A DNA stretch of 63,531 bases, the filler included, from Octopus bimaculoides (lineage: Eukaryota), in the NCBI RefSeq assembly GCF_001194135.2. It is 8 parts of 6 records of this genome, joined end to end, with 100 filler letters (N's around TTAATTAATTAA, not from the genome) between each part and the next. Parts side by side here need not be neighbours in the genome. Positions count along the whole stretch, not along the records: positions 29,599 to 40,318 come from NC_068993.1; positions 40,419 to 49,764 come from NC_068991.1; positions 49,865 to 53,886 come from NC_068997.1; 5 more parts are not named here. One strand, 5' to 3'. The notes under the pieces were generated by a model. The model did not search any database. It worked only from the letters and a program-made list of their open reading frames with translations, and was not told the origin of the DNA. The translations under genes were made by a program, and so were the position numbers. Position 1 is the first letter of the stretch. Every line of letters begins with the position of its first letter. Positions 38,048 through 50,327 of the stretch are shown one piece after another.

Positions 38048-38267
38048 ATCATCATCATCATCGTCGTCGTTTAATGCCCGCTTTCCATGCTGGCATGGGT
38101 TGGAAGGTTTGACTGAGGACTGGCAAGCCAGAAAGCTGCACCAGGATCCAATCTAATCTGGAGAAATTTCTACAGCTGGATGCCCTTCCTAACACCAACC
38201 ACTCCGAGAGTGTAGTGGGTGCTTTTACGTGCCACTGACACGAGGGCCAGTCAGGCAGTTCTGGCAA
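38048..38267 (-). mobile_element. SINE family B copy 6 (reverse)
   Basis: catcatcgtcgtcgtttaatgcccgctttccatgc...ggccagtcaggcag. Confidence 0.85.
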
Positions 38268-38269
38268 TA

Positions 38270-39416
38270 TATATACATATATATGTATACATACATATGC
38301 CTGTATGTTGGTATGTGCATATGTGTGTATGTATATGCATGTGTATATAATGGTATGTATGTGTGTATGTATGCATGTACATATGTTCATCCACAAGATA
38401 TGTCTATGCATGTGTGTGAGAGTGTGTGTGTGTGTGTGTGTGCCTGTGTGTGGGTGGGTGGGGGTGCGGGCATTGAGTTTCAATTCCTCTGTGCCAATTC
38501 CTATTCTTTTGTGTAACAGTTACAGTAACAACAACACCAACAACAAACAATAACAATAATTGAAAACCTCACAGCCCAACAATAGAGAAAAGTGGTTGCT
38601 TTTTATATTTTATTTTATTTTTTTTTAATCTTTACTTTTTCCTATTTTATGATCATTGACTTTTTTGAATAAAATTGTTAGTGCGAAATACATACATATA
38701 TATACATACACTCATACATACATGCATATATACATATACATGTGCATACATACATACGTACATACATACATGCATACATACATAAACACACTCATACATG
38801 CAATCATACTTACATACACTCACATTCATACATACATACATACACACACATAAATACATAGCTACATAGATACATACATACATATATAGACACATATATA
38901 TATATAATACACACACATACATATTACATACACATATACATGCAAATATATATGTGCAGGTATGTATGCATGTCTCTTTGTATACTTATATATGTGCATG
39001 TATGTGTATTTATATATACATACTATGTATGTATTTATATGTGTGTGTATACACATGCATGCATAGACATATTCTGTGGATGAACACATACCCTGTTTGT
39101 GTACTTGTGTGTGTATACATATATATGCATACATATGCATATGNNNNNNNNNNNNNNNNNNNNNNNNNNNNNNNNNNNNNNNNNNNNNNNNNNNNNNNNN
39201 NNNNNNNNNNNNNNNNNNNNNNNNNNNNNNNNNNNNNNNNNNNNNNNNNNNNNNNNNNNNNNNNNNNNNNNNNNNNNNNNNNNNNNNNNNNNNACATGCA
39301 TACAAATATATTTAAATATATGAACACAGACATATACATACACATACATACACTCACACCCACATATATGTATATAGTTACATAATTAAATGAGTGGGTA
39401 TATATACTTGCATGTA

Positions 39417-39461
<45 letters not shown>

Positions 39462-40033
39462 CATTATAAATTTAATGTTTTGTCAAACGAAACAATACAT
39501 ACGAAACAAAAATGGGGAAAAAAAACCCACTGGAAAAAAAAGTAACACTAAAACAAAACGAAAATATAAGAAACATGTAAAAAAAATTAAAAATGGAAAA
39601 CAAATGTTAAAGGGAAAAAAATGATAACCAAATTTAAAAAGACAGAAATAAGATGAAATAAATAACAAACTCAATAAAGAAGAATAAAAAAAATAAGAAA
39701 CACCCACACCGCTCACCCACCACTCAGCCAAACAGCATAAAACATTACAAGAAGAATAAGAATAAGGATAAGAACAATAGGATTGAACAAAGTGTTGAAC
39801 AATACGTTTGGAGATATTGTTCTTACACTTGGGAAAAAGAAAGAAACAACAATAAAAATCATATGTCTATATATGTGTATGTATATGTGTGTGTGTGTGT
39901 GCGTGCGTATGTGTGTGTGTGTGTGTGTGTAAGAAAACTGCTGCTGCTTTGGGAACAAATGAAATATACAATGTATATATTACTGGACAGGGTGTTCTCT
40001 TATTTCAAAAGGAAAAAAAGTAGCTTTCAACAG

Positions 40034-40077
<44 letters not shown>

Positions 40078-40277
40078 AGTGTGTGTGTGTGAGTGTGTGT
40101 GTGTGTATCTATCTATCTCTCTCTCTCTCTATATATATATATATGTATATAGGCATAATTAAGATGATCATTTTACATGGTGGTATAGTTGGGACACTAA
40201 AATAAGTCCTACAGATGCCACCATAGATTGTGGAGGTGTGTGTGTATAAACATACATACATATATATATATACATAC

Positions 40278-40318
<41 letters not shown>

Positions 40319-40418
40319 NNNNNNNNNNNNNNNNNNNNNNNNNNNNNNNNNNNNNNNNNNNNTTAATTAATTAANNNNNNNNNNNNNNNNNNNNNNNNNN
40401 NNNNNNNNNNNNNNNNNN

Positions 40419-40460
<42 letters not shown>

Positions 40461-40880
40461 GGCATGTATATATAAAACGTGTGCGTGTGTGTGTGTGTCT
40501 CTTTGTATGTATATACATACATATGTTTAAATACATATATATGTACATACATATATATAAACTATAAATGTTTATTTACATATATATGCATATACACACA
40601 CATATACATGTATATATATATGTATATATATATATATGTAATTATATATATATAGACAAATATATATGTGTGTGTGTGTGCGCGTGTATACGTATATGTG
40701 TTTATATATATATATAAATATATACATATGTGTATGTATAGATATATACATATATGTCTGTGTGTGTGTTTGTATGTACGTATGTATGTATGTTTGCATG
40801 TATGCATGTGTGTATGTATGTCTGTATGTATGTCTGCATTTATGTATGCATGTATGCATGCGTGTATATATGTATGCATG
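38270..40880. repeat. Extended low-complexity (TA)/(CA)/(TG)/(TACA) microsatellite field
   Basis: Seen directly; includes gaps. Confidence 0.85.
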
Positions 40881-41202
40881 CAAGTATGTATGTAAACGAA
40901 CACGCAAAACTAAAACTAAATACGTAACATGACTACAAAATGAATTGAAAAATAACGAAAAAAGAAATGAATCCGGAGAGCTAAAACAAATTTGGACGAA
41001 AATTCATGAAACAAAAAAGCAACAAAGCAACACAAACAGAAACAATAAATAGTTGCTTAGTAAATGCTTATATCTGGGTGTTTAGAAATATTACTGGTAA
41101 AAGGGACAGAGACGTAACAAAATGATGGGTGGCTATAAAAAGAGAGATGGTAATCAAACTTTTGAAAAATTATTTATTTCGCGCTTTCATCTCTTTTTAC
41201 AG

Positions 41203-41244
41203 ATTCATCAGGATGATATTTTGAACAGGGAACTTTCTACAATT
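41203..41244 (+). other. Candidate 42-nt exon (phase 0 IHQDDILNRELSTI; stop-containing in phases 1 and 2)
   Basis: Acceptor ttatttcgcgctttcatctctttttacAG ends at 41202 and donor GTGAGT starts at 41245. Confidence 0.35.
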
Positions 41245-41387
41245 GTGAGTTAGATAAAAAAAAAAGAAATCTACAGCTGAATTAAGATGTGTGTATATGA
41301 ATATATGTCTAAGTACGTATATGCGTGTGGTGAATTATTATCTCACTTACATAAACGAGACATAATATAAAAAATCGTATTCTATAC

Positions 41388-41420
41388 CTGACGAATCTCT
41401 GAAACGAGATGAAAACGCTA
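41388..41420 (+). ncRNA. Hammerhead-like core with perfect stem II but poor stems I and III
   Basis: CUGACGA-AUCUC-ugaaac-GAGAU-GAAA-acgc-UA. Confidence 0.35.
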
Positions 41421-41468
41421 AATAATTATTCAAAATCTTGATTACCTAGTTTTTCGTGATATATATAC

Positions 41469-41510
<42 letters not shown>

Positions 41511-41634
41511 TTGCTAATATGCAAACGTATCGTAAACCCAAATTGTTCATATTTCAGAAAAACTTATAGTTTCACCATTTCATATTAAAACCTTTATACT
41601 ACAATGTATATATATGTGTGTCTGTACTTTTTTA

Positions 41635-42000
41635 TTCTTTTATTTGTTTCAGTCATTTGACTGCGGCCATGCTGGAGTACCGTTTTAAAGGGCTTTAGTC
41701 GATGAAATTGACCCTAGGACTTAGTCTTTTGTTCTTTTATGCCGAAATGGGAATATCATAAACAAACCAGTATCGGTTGTCAAGCGATGACAGAGGGACA
41801 ATACAGACACACAGTGAAATATATATAGATACATATATATACGACGGTCTTCTTTCAATTTCCGCCTACCAAATCCACTCACAAGGCTTTGGTCAACCCG
41901 AGGCTATAGTAGAAGCAACTTGCTCAAGTTATCACGCAGTGGCGCTGAATTCGGAACCATGCGGCTGAGAAGTAAGCTCCTTCCCATACAGCCACACCTG
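41635..42000 (-). mobile_element. SINE family A
   Basis: gtttcagtcatttgactgcggccatgctggag...accaaatccactcacaaggctttgg...cagccacacctg. Confidence 0.85.
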
Positions 42001-42414
42001 TGTACATATACACACGTATATATGATGAGCGAAAGGGTAAGGCTAGGAGAGAAAGCAAGAACGTGTGTTGGAGCGTGTGTAATTAGGTCGAGAGATTATT
42101 AATATAAGCGCATCGTAACCACATACACTATTTAATTATCTGTGCACATAGGAATATATTGAAATGTGGTTGCGATGTCCTTTTCATTTATTGGATTGAC
42201 TGATAGTGGAGAGTATACACAGGGTTACCGAAGAAGCTTCTACCTTAATGTATCTTCCTGTTTATCACTGAAGTGTAGACATAAATACATACACATATGC
42301 GTGCAAATGTTGAATTTTTACTGCATCAACAAATGCGAATGCCTCTTTTTCTATTTATGAATATTTATTTTCAACTGTTGATAGACATTTAGAACCATGC
42401 ATAACTGGCGTATA

Positions 42415-43238
42415 TCAACCATCAACGAATTTATGCAAGTGTACAGCTCCGATTCCTTAATTTGACGCATCTGCAGCAACGATAAGCTCCTTACGTGGAT
42501 CAAAATGAGTCAAAGCCTCTTTGAAATTCTAGAATGACTCTTGACATTATGGACACCAATCCTATTTTGAGTTGCTAACAGTAATGAGCTTAGTAGAACC
42601 CGGATTTGATGCATATGAGGGATGAACGAGCAGTAATAATTGAACATTCTTAAAAAAAGAACGTAGTTTAGTTATGTCTGTGGGTGGTGGCAATTGCAGG
42701 ATAATTGCCGTTTTTCAGGATGTGGAAAATGTCCATCTTTACTAACGATATAACCCAAATATGCTAACTGAAGAAGAAAATGTTGTTTTTTTTCTCGTTT
42801 TAATGAGTTTCCTTAAATGTTCTTTATGCTCACCTTCAATTGATGATACAAAGATAATGTCGTCGAGGCACGCACAGTTGTATGAAAGATTCACCATCAT
42901 AATGTCCATTATTTGTTGACAATCCCTGCGGTAGATTGTGCACCAAATGATAATCTCTTACTTTGGTATAATCCATGATGAGTATTTTTTCTTGGGAATC
43001 CTTTTGATGCATCGTCTACAGCTATTTGCAAATACGCTTCTGTTAAGTCAATCTTAAAAAATCATTTCCCCTCATTTAATCTTGTAAAGATGTCTTCGGG
43101 AACAGGCAGTGGATAACGATGTGGCCCCAATGAATAATTAATTCTCGTCGACGGTCAACACATATCCCTATGTAGCTATTTGCTTTCGTTACTATAACAA
43201 TGGGCACTGCCAATGATGGATGAATCACTTTTGATATG
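42415..43238 (-). mobile_element. Decayed Ty3/Gypsy LTR-retrotransposon pol fragment (RT and start of RNase H)
   Basis: Minus frames with frameshifts read AVPIVIVTKANSYIGICVD, LPVPEDIFTRLNEGK, KIDLTEAYLQIAVDD, THHGLYQSKRLSFG, ACLDDII, YLGYIVSKDG and ALTHFDPRKELIVAADASN.GIGAV. Confidence 0.88.
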
Positions 43239-43552
43239 TCATTCAAATTTTCAAATTTTCTTATTTCATTCAAATTGCAAATTTCATTGAAATTTTCAAA
43301 TTTTCTTATTTCATTCAAATTGCAAATTTCATTCAAATTTTCAAAACTTCATTCAAATTTTCAAATTTTCTTATTTCATTCAAATTGCAAATTTCATTCA
43401 AATTTTCAGATTTTCTTATTTCATTCAAATTGCAAATTTCATTGAAATTTTCAAAACTTCATTCAAATTTTCAAATTTTCTTATTTCATTCAAATTGCAA
43501 ATTTCATTCAAATTTTCAAAACTTAATTCAAATTTTCAAATTTTCTCATTCA
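43238..43552. repeat. Minisatellite with higher-order structure ABABC-ABABC-ABC-A
   Basis: A=ttcattcaaattttcaaattttcttat (27 nt), B=ttcattcaaattgcaaat (18 nt), C=ttcattcaaattttcaaaac (20 nt), parsed directly from the sequence. Confidence 0.92.
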
Positions 43553-43870
43553 TCCACGCGTCTCATACCCAAATCTTCAATGATAAAGAACTGAACTGAG
43601 ACGTAACTAATCCGCACGTCCTCTGATCAATCACCGATTGTAATTCGACAATTTCCTCTCACAACTGCACGCACATCTGTCATATTTGTCTCAGTTCAGT
43701 TGGTTGTGTGTCTCCCAGAACGTTCGTTAATATCGACATTTTTCGGCCATCTTCGAAACATCTGAACCACGCTCGTACATTTTTGTGTGTCTCATACACC
43801 CCTCTCTATAAACATTCTTCAAATCTTCCTTGAGCGTCTGCTAATACTTTACTTGTACCACGTCTTCATG
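43553..43870 (-). mobile_element. Mariner transposase N-terminal (HTH) remnant
   Basis: Minus strand reads approximately LKNVYREGCMRHTKMYE.WFRCFEDGRKMSI.ERSGRHTT..TNMTDVRAVVRGNCRITIGD.SEDVRISYVSVQFFIIEDLGMRRV, matching the mariner WF..F..G...D..RSGRP and L.M.K pattern. Confidence 0.75.
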
Positions 43871-45016
43871 TTGTTTTTTTATGTGTTTTGGATTTATACA
43901 TATTTATGTATATATGTATATATATATATCTATGACTATATATGTATGCACATATACATATGGACATACATGCACGCATACATACACAGATATGTGCTTT
44001 AAACTAGGAAGAGTAGTTGAATTAACACATGGAATGTTATGAAAATATATGTCTATATTCTGAGAAAGAACATTTTACGACGTAAACGGTAGCGCCCACC
44101 GCAGCTGTATAGACGTCTTATGATACGTCTGCTAGGTCTGAAGACTGTATACTCGGCACTTTAACATATAAGCATACACATACCGCAAAAAATCCCTCTT
44201 CATATTCTAAAATACAATTCTGTACATTAATATGTATCATATATATGTGTTTATCTCTCAATTTATCTACTTATATCTTTTTCTGACTCTGTATATCTGT
44301 CTGTCTCCCCACAATCTCTTTCTCTCTCTCTTCCTCCCTGTCTCTCTCGCTCTTCAGATATATATATATATTTATAGTCATTCGCACAAGCATAAGTACA
44401 AATGTGTTTTTTGTGTGTGCGTATATGTTGTGTCTTTGTGTGGCAAATACACTGGAAAATATTCTGGCAAGGTGACATGTATTATGATGTATATAGTATT
44501 TCATTATCTATTATGTTTTATAGCACTTAATATGATAAATATAATATCGAAAGCCGCGCGTACACAAAACCTAACCAACACCTTCTACGCCAGGATTATT
44601 ACTGAGATTGGAGCTTATATTTCGTTTGGACCGATTGCACCTCGTAAACTTCATCTATTTGATGTAATTTTTTTAATATTGTCTTTGATTGAAGGCACTT
44701 ATGAAAAGACACCGTCTGATTGAATATTAACAAGTTTATATTGATATTCTGACTGTCATTAAATTTGATGTTAATAGAGTTGAGATTGAGATTCACAAAC
44801 TGGACACAAATCTTATTATAACATCTTGCTTTTGTGCAAGACAAAGTTTTAAAGTGTCTCATCTCATCTCATTAAGTTCTGTGCTTCTATGTTGCTTCGA
44901 AAAGAAAAAGAGATGGACGGAGTGGTTAATGAGGACATAATGTGACTTCCAGGTTTTTCAGTGAATATATATATACATTCATGGATACATACATACGTAC
45001 ACAGGCATAATATATA

Positions 45017-45085
<69 letters not shown>

Positions 45086-47679
45086 NNNNNNNNNNNNNNN
45101 NNNNNNNNNNNNNNNNNNNNNNNNNNNNNNNNNNNNNNNNNNNNNNNNNNNNNNNNNNNNNNNNNNNNNNNNNNNNNNNNNNNNNNNNNNNNNNNNNNNN
45201 NNNNNNNNNNNNNNNNNNNNNNNNNNNNNNNNNNNNNNNNNNNNNNNNNNNNNNNNNNNNNNNNNNNNNNNNNNNNNNNNNNNNNNNNNNNNNNNNNNNN
45301 NNNNNATATATATATATATATATAAGCGCTTACGTATATAGGGATGAGAGAAAGAACGATAAAAGCGAGAGAGTCAGAGACAAAGCACATACGGACATGA
45401 TGACTATTGCTTTTAAATATCAAGAAAAATACCCTTCTACAAAATTATTATATAGGAGCCATTCACTCGTTAGTGCTAACGAACTACATACGATAAGGTG
45501 ATTATTAATAAAAAATAACCACTTGAACATAAGTACAGTCCCTCACGTTGTTTTCAAGCCCGTCTAAATAAACATCATTCGCTTCACAAGTCTTCGGTCG
45601 AAATAACACAGTGACAGATTATCTCGGTTTAATGGATGAGTTTGGGAACAAACTAAGAATTTTATGAGGGCATAGATGGCTATGAAACTCTTGGTTCCTA
45701 CCAGCACATCTGCACGCATATTTATGTACATGCATATAGTCGCACACACCGAACCATGCATTCGTGCTGTTCACTAAGTTATTTCATTTTAGTTGGTGTT
45801 GTTTCTTAGCATCAGGTCTCCCGCTATGTAGAAGTCTATATCTCGGCATAATTGTCTTGCCAGGCCAACAAGTATACAATCATAATGAATTAAATTGGTG
45901 CTGTTATGTATGCTCTTCCTTTTGCTTCTGAGCGCAACGAATGACGTAACGATTTTGCAGGTAATTCTAGCAGGTGGAAAGTATCCTCAGAGATACACCC
46001 GACAATTTCAGGCTACTTTTATTCCACCTAACTGTAAATCCCTGTTAGCTCTGCATGCACGAATCACAGATGTACTCCTGATAAACAGGTTTTATTTCTT
46101 CTTTAAAGTAGAAAATATTTGATAGTTTTGGTTTTTGGTTTTTCTCATATCTGATATCCAAAAATATTTTAAATGCTTAATTACTCGTACAAGCGCCTAC
46201 CAAAATATTAGAGAATAAACCATCAACAAATAATTGCTTCGGCAGAAGAAGTCCTGGGGTCAATTTCTTCCACTAACACCCAGTACAGCGGTGTTCCAGC
46301 ATGGCCACAGTCAAATGATTGAATCAAGTAACAGAATAACAGAATAAAAACCTCTGCAGTAATTTATGACCGACATTACGACTGCAGCGAAATCAGAAAA
46401 TCTACAACGGCGGAATACAATGTATCGCTTAAATCTTAAGAACCATCAACAGATATTTCTTTAATACGAGTTCAGTTATATGGATTTTAAGAAATACGAT
46501 TGTTATTTGGCTTCTGAAAGTGACTCTTTTTTATTTCATGAATGTGGTGTTTCCACTATCTACAGTATTTCAAAAAACGTAATTCACTTTTTTTTTCCAT
46601 ATTATTCTGGAAATTACTCCAATATTTTTGAGTATGGTGGTTGAGAAACTTTTTAAGAAAAAGAAAACAACAAAAGATTGAACAAAATCATTGTCCGTCA
46701 AAGAAATGATTTTGCCAATTTTTTATTATTATTTTTTTCTTTCTGTATTTTATTAGGGTTTTTGTTTATTATACTTTTTTTCTCAACAGTTAATTGGTTT
46801 CTCCTATCAAACATTTATGATACAAACCAGTCTATCTTTTTGATATTCTTTTATGCAATTTATCAAATATATTTTCCCACTGTCATGTTTCTGTTTTCTT
46901 CCTGTATCTAATCGCTTTGGCTATCTCTTAATACACCATTCGATTCATTTCTTTTACTTGTTTCATTCATTAGACTGCGACCATGCCGGGGCACTGCCTC
47001 GAAGAATTTTAAGTCGAGTGTTTTCTATTGAAGAAGTCATTGCTCAAGAATCTCTCCTTCTGGATATAACTAATATAATAATCAAAATCTTTATATATAG
47101 ATGGTATGAAAATGACAGTTCTTCGATTAATGAAAACGCTCTCGTGCGCGCAATTTTTTTTTAGTGGTAGATAGGTAAAATGGTATACAACTAGGCATAT
47201 GCATATAAATAATATTCATATGTATNNNNNNNNNNNNNNNNNNNNNNNNNNNNNNNNNNNNNNNNNNNNNNNNNNNNNNNNNNNNNNNNNNNNNNNNNNN
47301 NNNNNNNNNNNNNNNNNNNNNNNNNNNNNNNNNNNNNNNNNNNNNNNNNNNNNNNNNNNNNNNNNNNNNNNNNNNNNNNNNNNNNNNNNNNNNNNNNNNN
47401 NNNNNNNNNNNNNNNNNNNNNNNNNNNNNNNNNNNNNNNNNNNNNNNNNNNNNNNNNNNNNNNNNNNNNNNNNNNNNNNNNATATATATACATACTGTGT
47501 AGCATAAGGAATAATTTATTACCAGTGGTTCGCATGTGTAATAAAAGTCATAAGACAACATATTTTTCATTTTTCATATGTAAGAGTGTATAAATTATAT
47601 ATACACAGACAGAAGACCTATGATGGGATTTCTTACGCGCTAAAAGATCAGTTAAACAGAAACCAGCAAAAAATAATTC

Positions 47680-48060
47680 CTAACGCACTACGGATGAGAA
47701 ATTAATTTATTTGCCCATTAAAATGGACACTCGAGTATGGGATTAACTAAAAAAATAATTCCTTTCATTCCAGTGCCATAATCGGCTTGCCTTTAGAATA
47801 ATCTTTTCGTTGTTTGGGTTTAACTGCCAGAGGTCCTGTCATGAATCTTCTCTTTGTATATAACTTCATATCAAAATTTACAAAAAAACAAAAGACAAAG
47901 ACGGGTGTGTAAACAACAAACACATGTATTAGTTTAACGCTCGGGAAGTGAGGAAGACTTTGACGTTTCGCACCTACGCTCTTTTGTCAGAAAGGAACAC
48001 GGAAATACAGAGGGAGAGAAGATAGAAACAGTTATAGTGGCTAACGATCAATGACGGAGA
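47680..48060 (-). mobile_element. Penelope pLTR-like repeat with a degenerate hammerhead motif (47961-47990)
   Basis: Minus strand ctgacaaaagagcgtaggtgcgaaacgtca resembles CUGACGA-(A)GAGC-GUAG-GCUC-GAAAC-GUC with substitutions. Confidence 0.4.
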
Positions 48061-49995
48061 ATACATACATATATTGAGACAAAAAAGTCGTCAGAATTTT
48101 GGGAAAAAATCTTTTTATTTCTTATTTATTATTAACGCTTTCCTTCCTCTCTCGAGCTTGTCAAATACAATTTGTATTTGACAAGTTCTAGAGAGGAAGG
48201 AAAGTGCTAACAATAATGAAGATGTAATAGGATTTTTTTCCAAAATACTGACGACTTTTTCTTCTGAATATCCAATTCTGTACATAACACCTAACACTCT
48301 ATACATATANNNNNNNNNNNNNNNNNNNNNNNNNNNNNNNNNNNNNNNNNNNNNNNNNNNNNNNNNNNNNNNNNNNNNNNNNNNNNNNNNNNNNNNNNNN
48401 NNNNNNNNNNNNNNNNNNNNNNNNNNNNNNNNNNNNNNNNNNNNNNNNNNNNNNNNNNNNNNNNNNNNNNNNNNNNNNNNNNNNNNNNNNNNNNNNNNNN
48501 NNNNNNNNNNNNNNNNNNNNNNNNNNNNNNNNNNNNNNNNNNNNNNNNNNNNNNNNNNNNNNNNNNNNNNNNNNNNNNNNNNNNNNNNNNNNNTGGTGAA
48601 TAGGCTACTTACCACACAACCACTCCTTTACATTCTTTTAAATCCAGTAGGCCTTGTTTTCGCCTTATTATTCCATAACCAGCAAAATAAGTTCCAGGAA
48701 GAGCAAAAAAGTAGACGCATCCGTTACAGTTGCGTAACCTCCTAAAAAAAACATCTACCGGCGTTGGTGACAGTCCGATTACTGAAACCTATGGAATAAA
48801 TAATACTGCGTATAACACCCGACAGTAGTAGAAAAGAATATATATTTTGTCTCTAAGAACCCATATTTTGTTTCTATCTCCCCAAAATAAACATTGTGAC
48901 TCCAAATTCCTTAAATAAATATTTAGTTTCTAGCTCAGCAAAATAAATATTTTATCGCATTCTCCGCAAAATAAATATCTTGTTACTAAAACACCCCAAA
49001 TAAATATTCTCTCTCTACCCAAAGATTACATTAAACATTATCTTTAATACCGCCCATTATTCCAGTAAGTAATCTGAATAAGTACAAGTATTCGCTTGGA
49101 TACCGGATTAAGATAACCCCTATATTTATTCAAAGTTCAGTTTAACAACAAAAACATTTGAGTCTTTTCAGGTTCTCGGATCTAGAAGACCAATCAGGAG
49201 ATAGCTCTAACATCGATTTTTATGTTTGAAAAGAGTTACAATATAAAGAAATGATCAAAGGTCCTCAGACGCCAAACAACAGTGATACGATGTTTGTTTG
49301 TTTGGTTCTCTCTGTATGCGTGAAAGATTGGAAGGATGGATTTCAATGCAAGGAAACGATATCCAATATCCCAAGGCAAAGTGAAAGCACTTTCTTTGCC
49401 CCGAATAAATCGGAGACTTCGTGGCTGGAGAAGAAATTATCAGATTTAGAAGGTGTCAAAGTCAAGGTTGCAATATTGATTAAGATCCAAGACAGATCAC
49501 TGAATGCGTTGCTATTCATAATGAATGAGATTGAAGAACTGGTCGCTAGATTTACTTCATATAAATGATTTCTGCAATAAATGGACATAGCTGTGTGCAG
49601 CCGACGTGTAGATTAAATGTAATTGCGTGTGTGTTTCTAGTCATTTGGGCACAAGAGACAGCTGGTACACACATTCACACACGGTGTTATGATTACACGT
49701 AACACGCACTTTGTCATACACACAGATACACAAACACAATATACATGTATATATATATATATATNNNNNNNNNNNNNNNNNNNNNNNNNNNNNNNNNNNN
49801 NNNNNNNNTTAATTAATTAANNNNNNNNNNNNNNNNNNNNNNNNNNNNNNNNNNNNNNNNNNNNCATGTAAACAAATACATATATTTTATATTTCATACT
49901 CAAACTATTAAATTTAGTATATTTAATGTATCTAATTTGTTTATCCGCATAATTGCTTTTCTCTCTGTCTGTCTGTCTCTCTGTCTGTCTGTCTC

Positions 49996-50071
<76 letters not shown>

Positions 50072-50073
50072 TG

Positions 50074-50327
50074 AAGTGTTTCTTAATCGGGATCCACATG
50101 GCCCTTGGGGATCCATATAAGATTTTGTTAAAATTTAACTGCAATAAATGGATTATACTTCTATAATACACAAAATGCTTTAACAATTTGTTTTTAAAAC
50201 AATTCCTAATAATATTTGATTATAGAAATATAATAGGACCTTTTAAACATAGAATGGCTATGAGGGTCCGTCTGAGTAAAATAGGAATCAAAAGTGTCTA
50301 TAGGTTAAAAATGATTCAGAACCACTG
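50074..50327. mobile_element. hAT-type MITE, full length
   Basis: Termini aagtgtttcttaa and ttcagaaccactg fit CAGTGGTTCT-type TIRs. The interior is homologous to the copy at 12865. Confidence 0.7.

Noticed and set aside
43238-43552. CRISPR-like repeat array
   Set aside because: There are no unique spacers and no cas genes, and the context is eukaryotic; it is a tandem minisatellite.
45895-46122. Signal-peptide-like ORF MVLLCMLFLLLLSATND as first coding exon
   Set aside because: The donor gives phase 0, incompatible with the phase 1 FN3 exon, and there are in-frame stops just upstream. It is kept only as a weak splice-site finding.
49251-49568. 105-aa ORF with a coiled-coil-like end
   Set aside because: It has no recognisable family or clean splice sites; possibly a decayed element ORF1, but unsupported.
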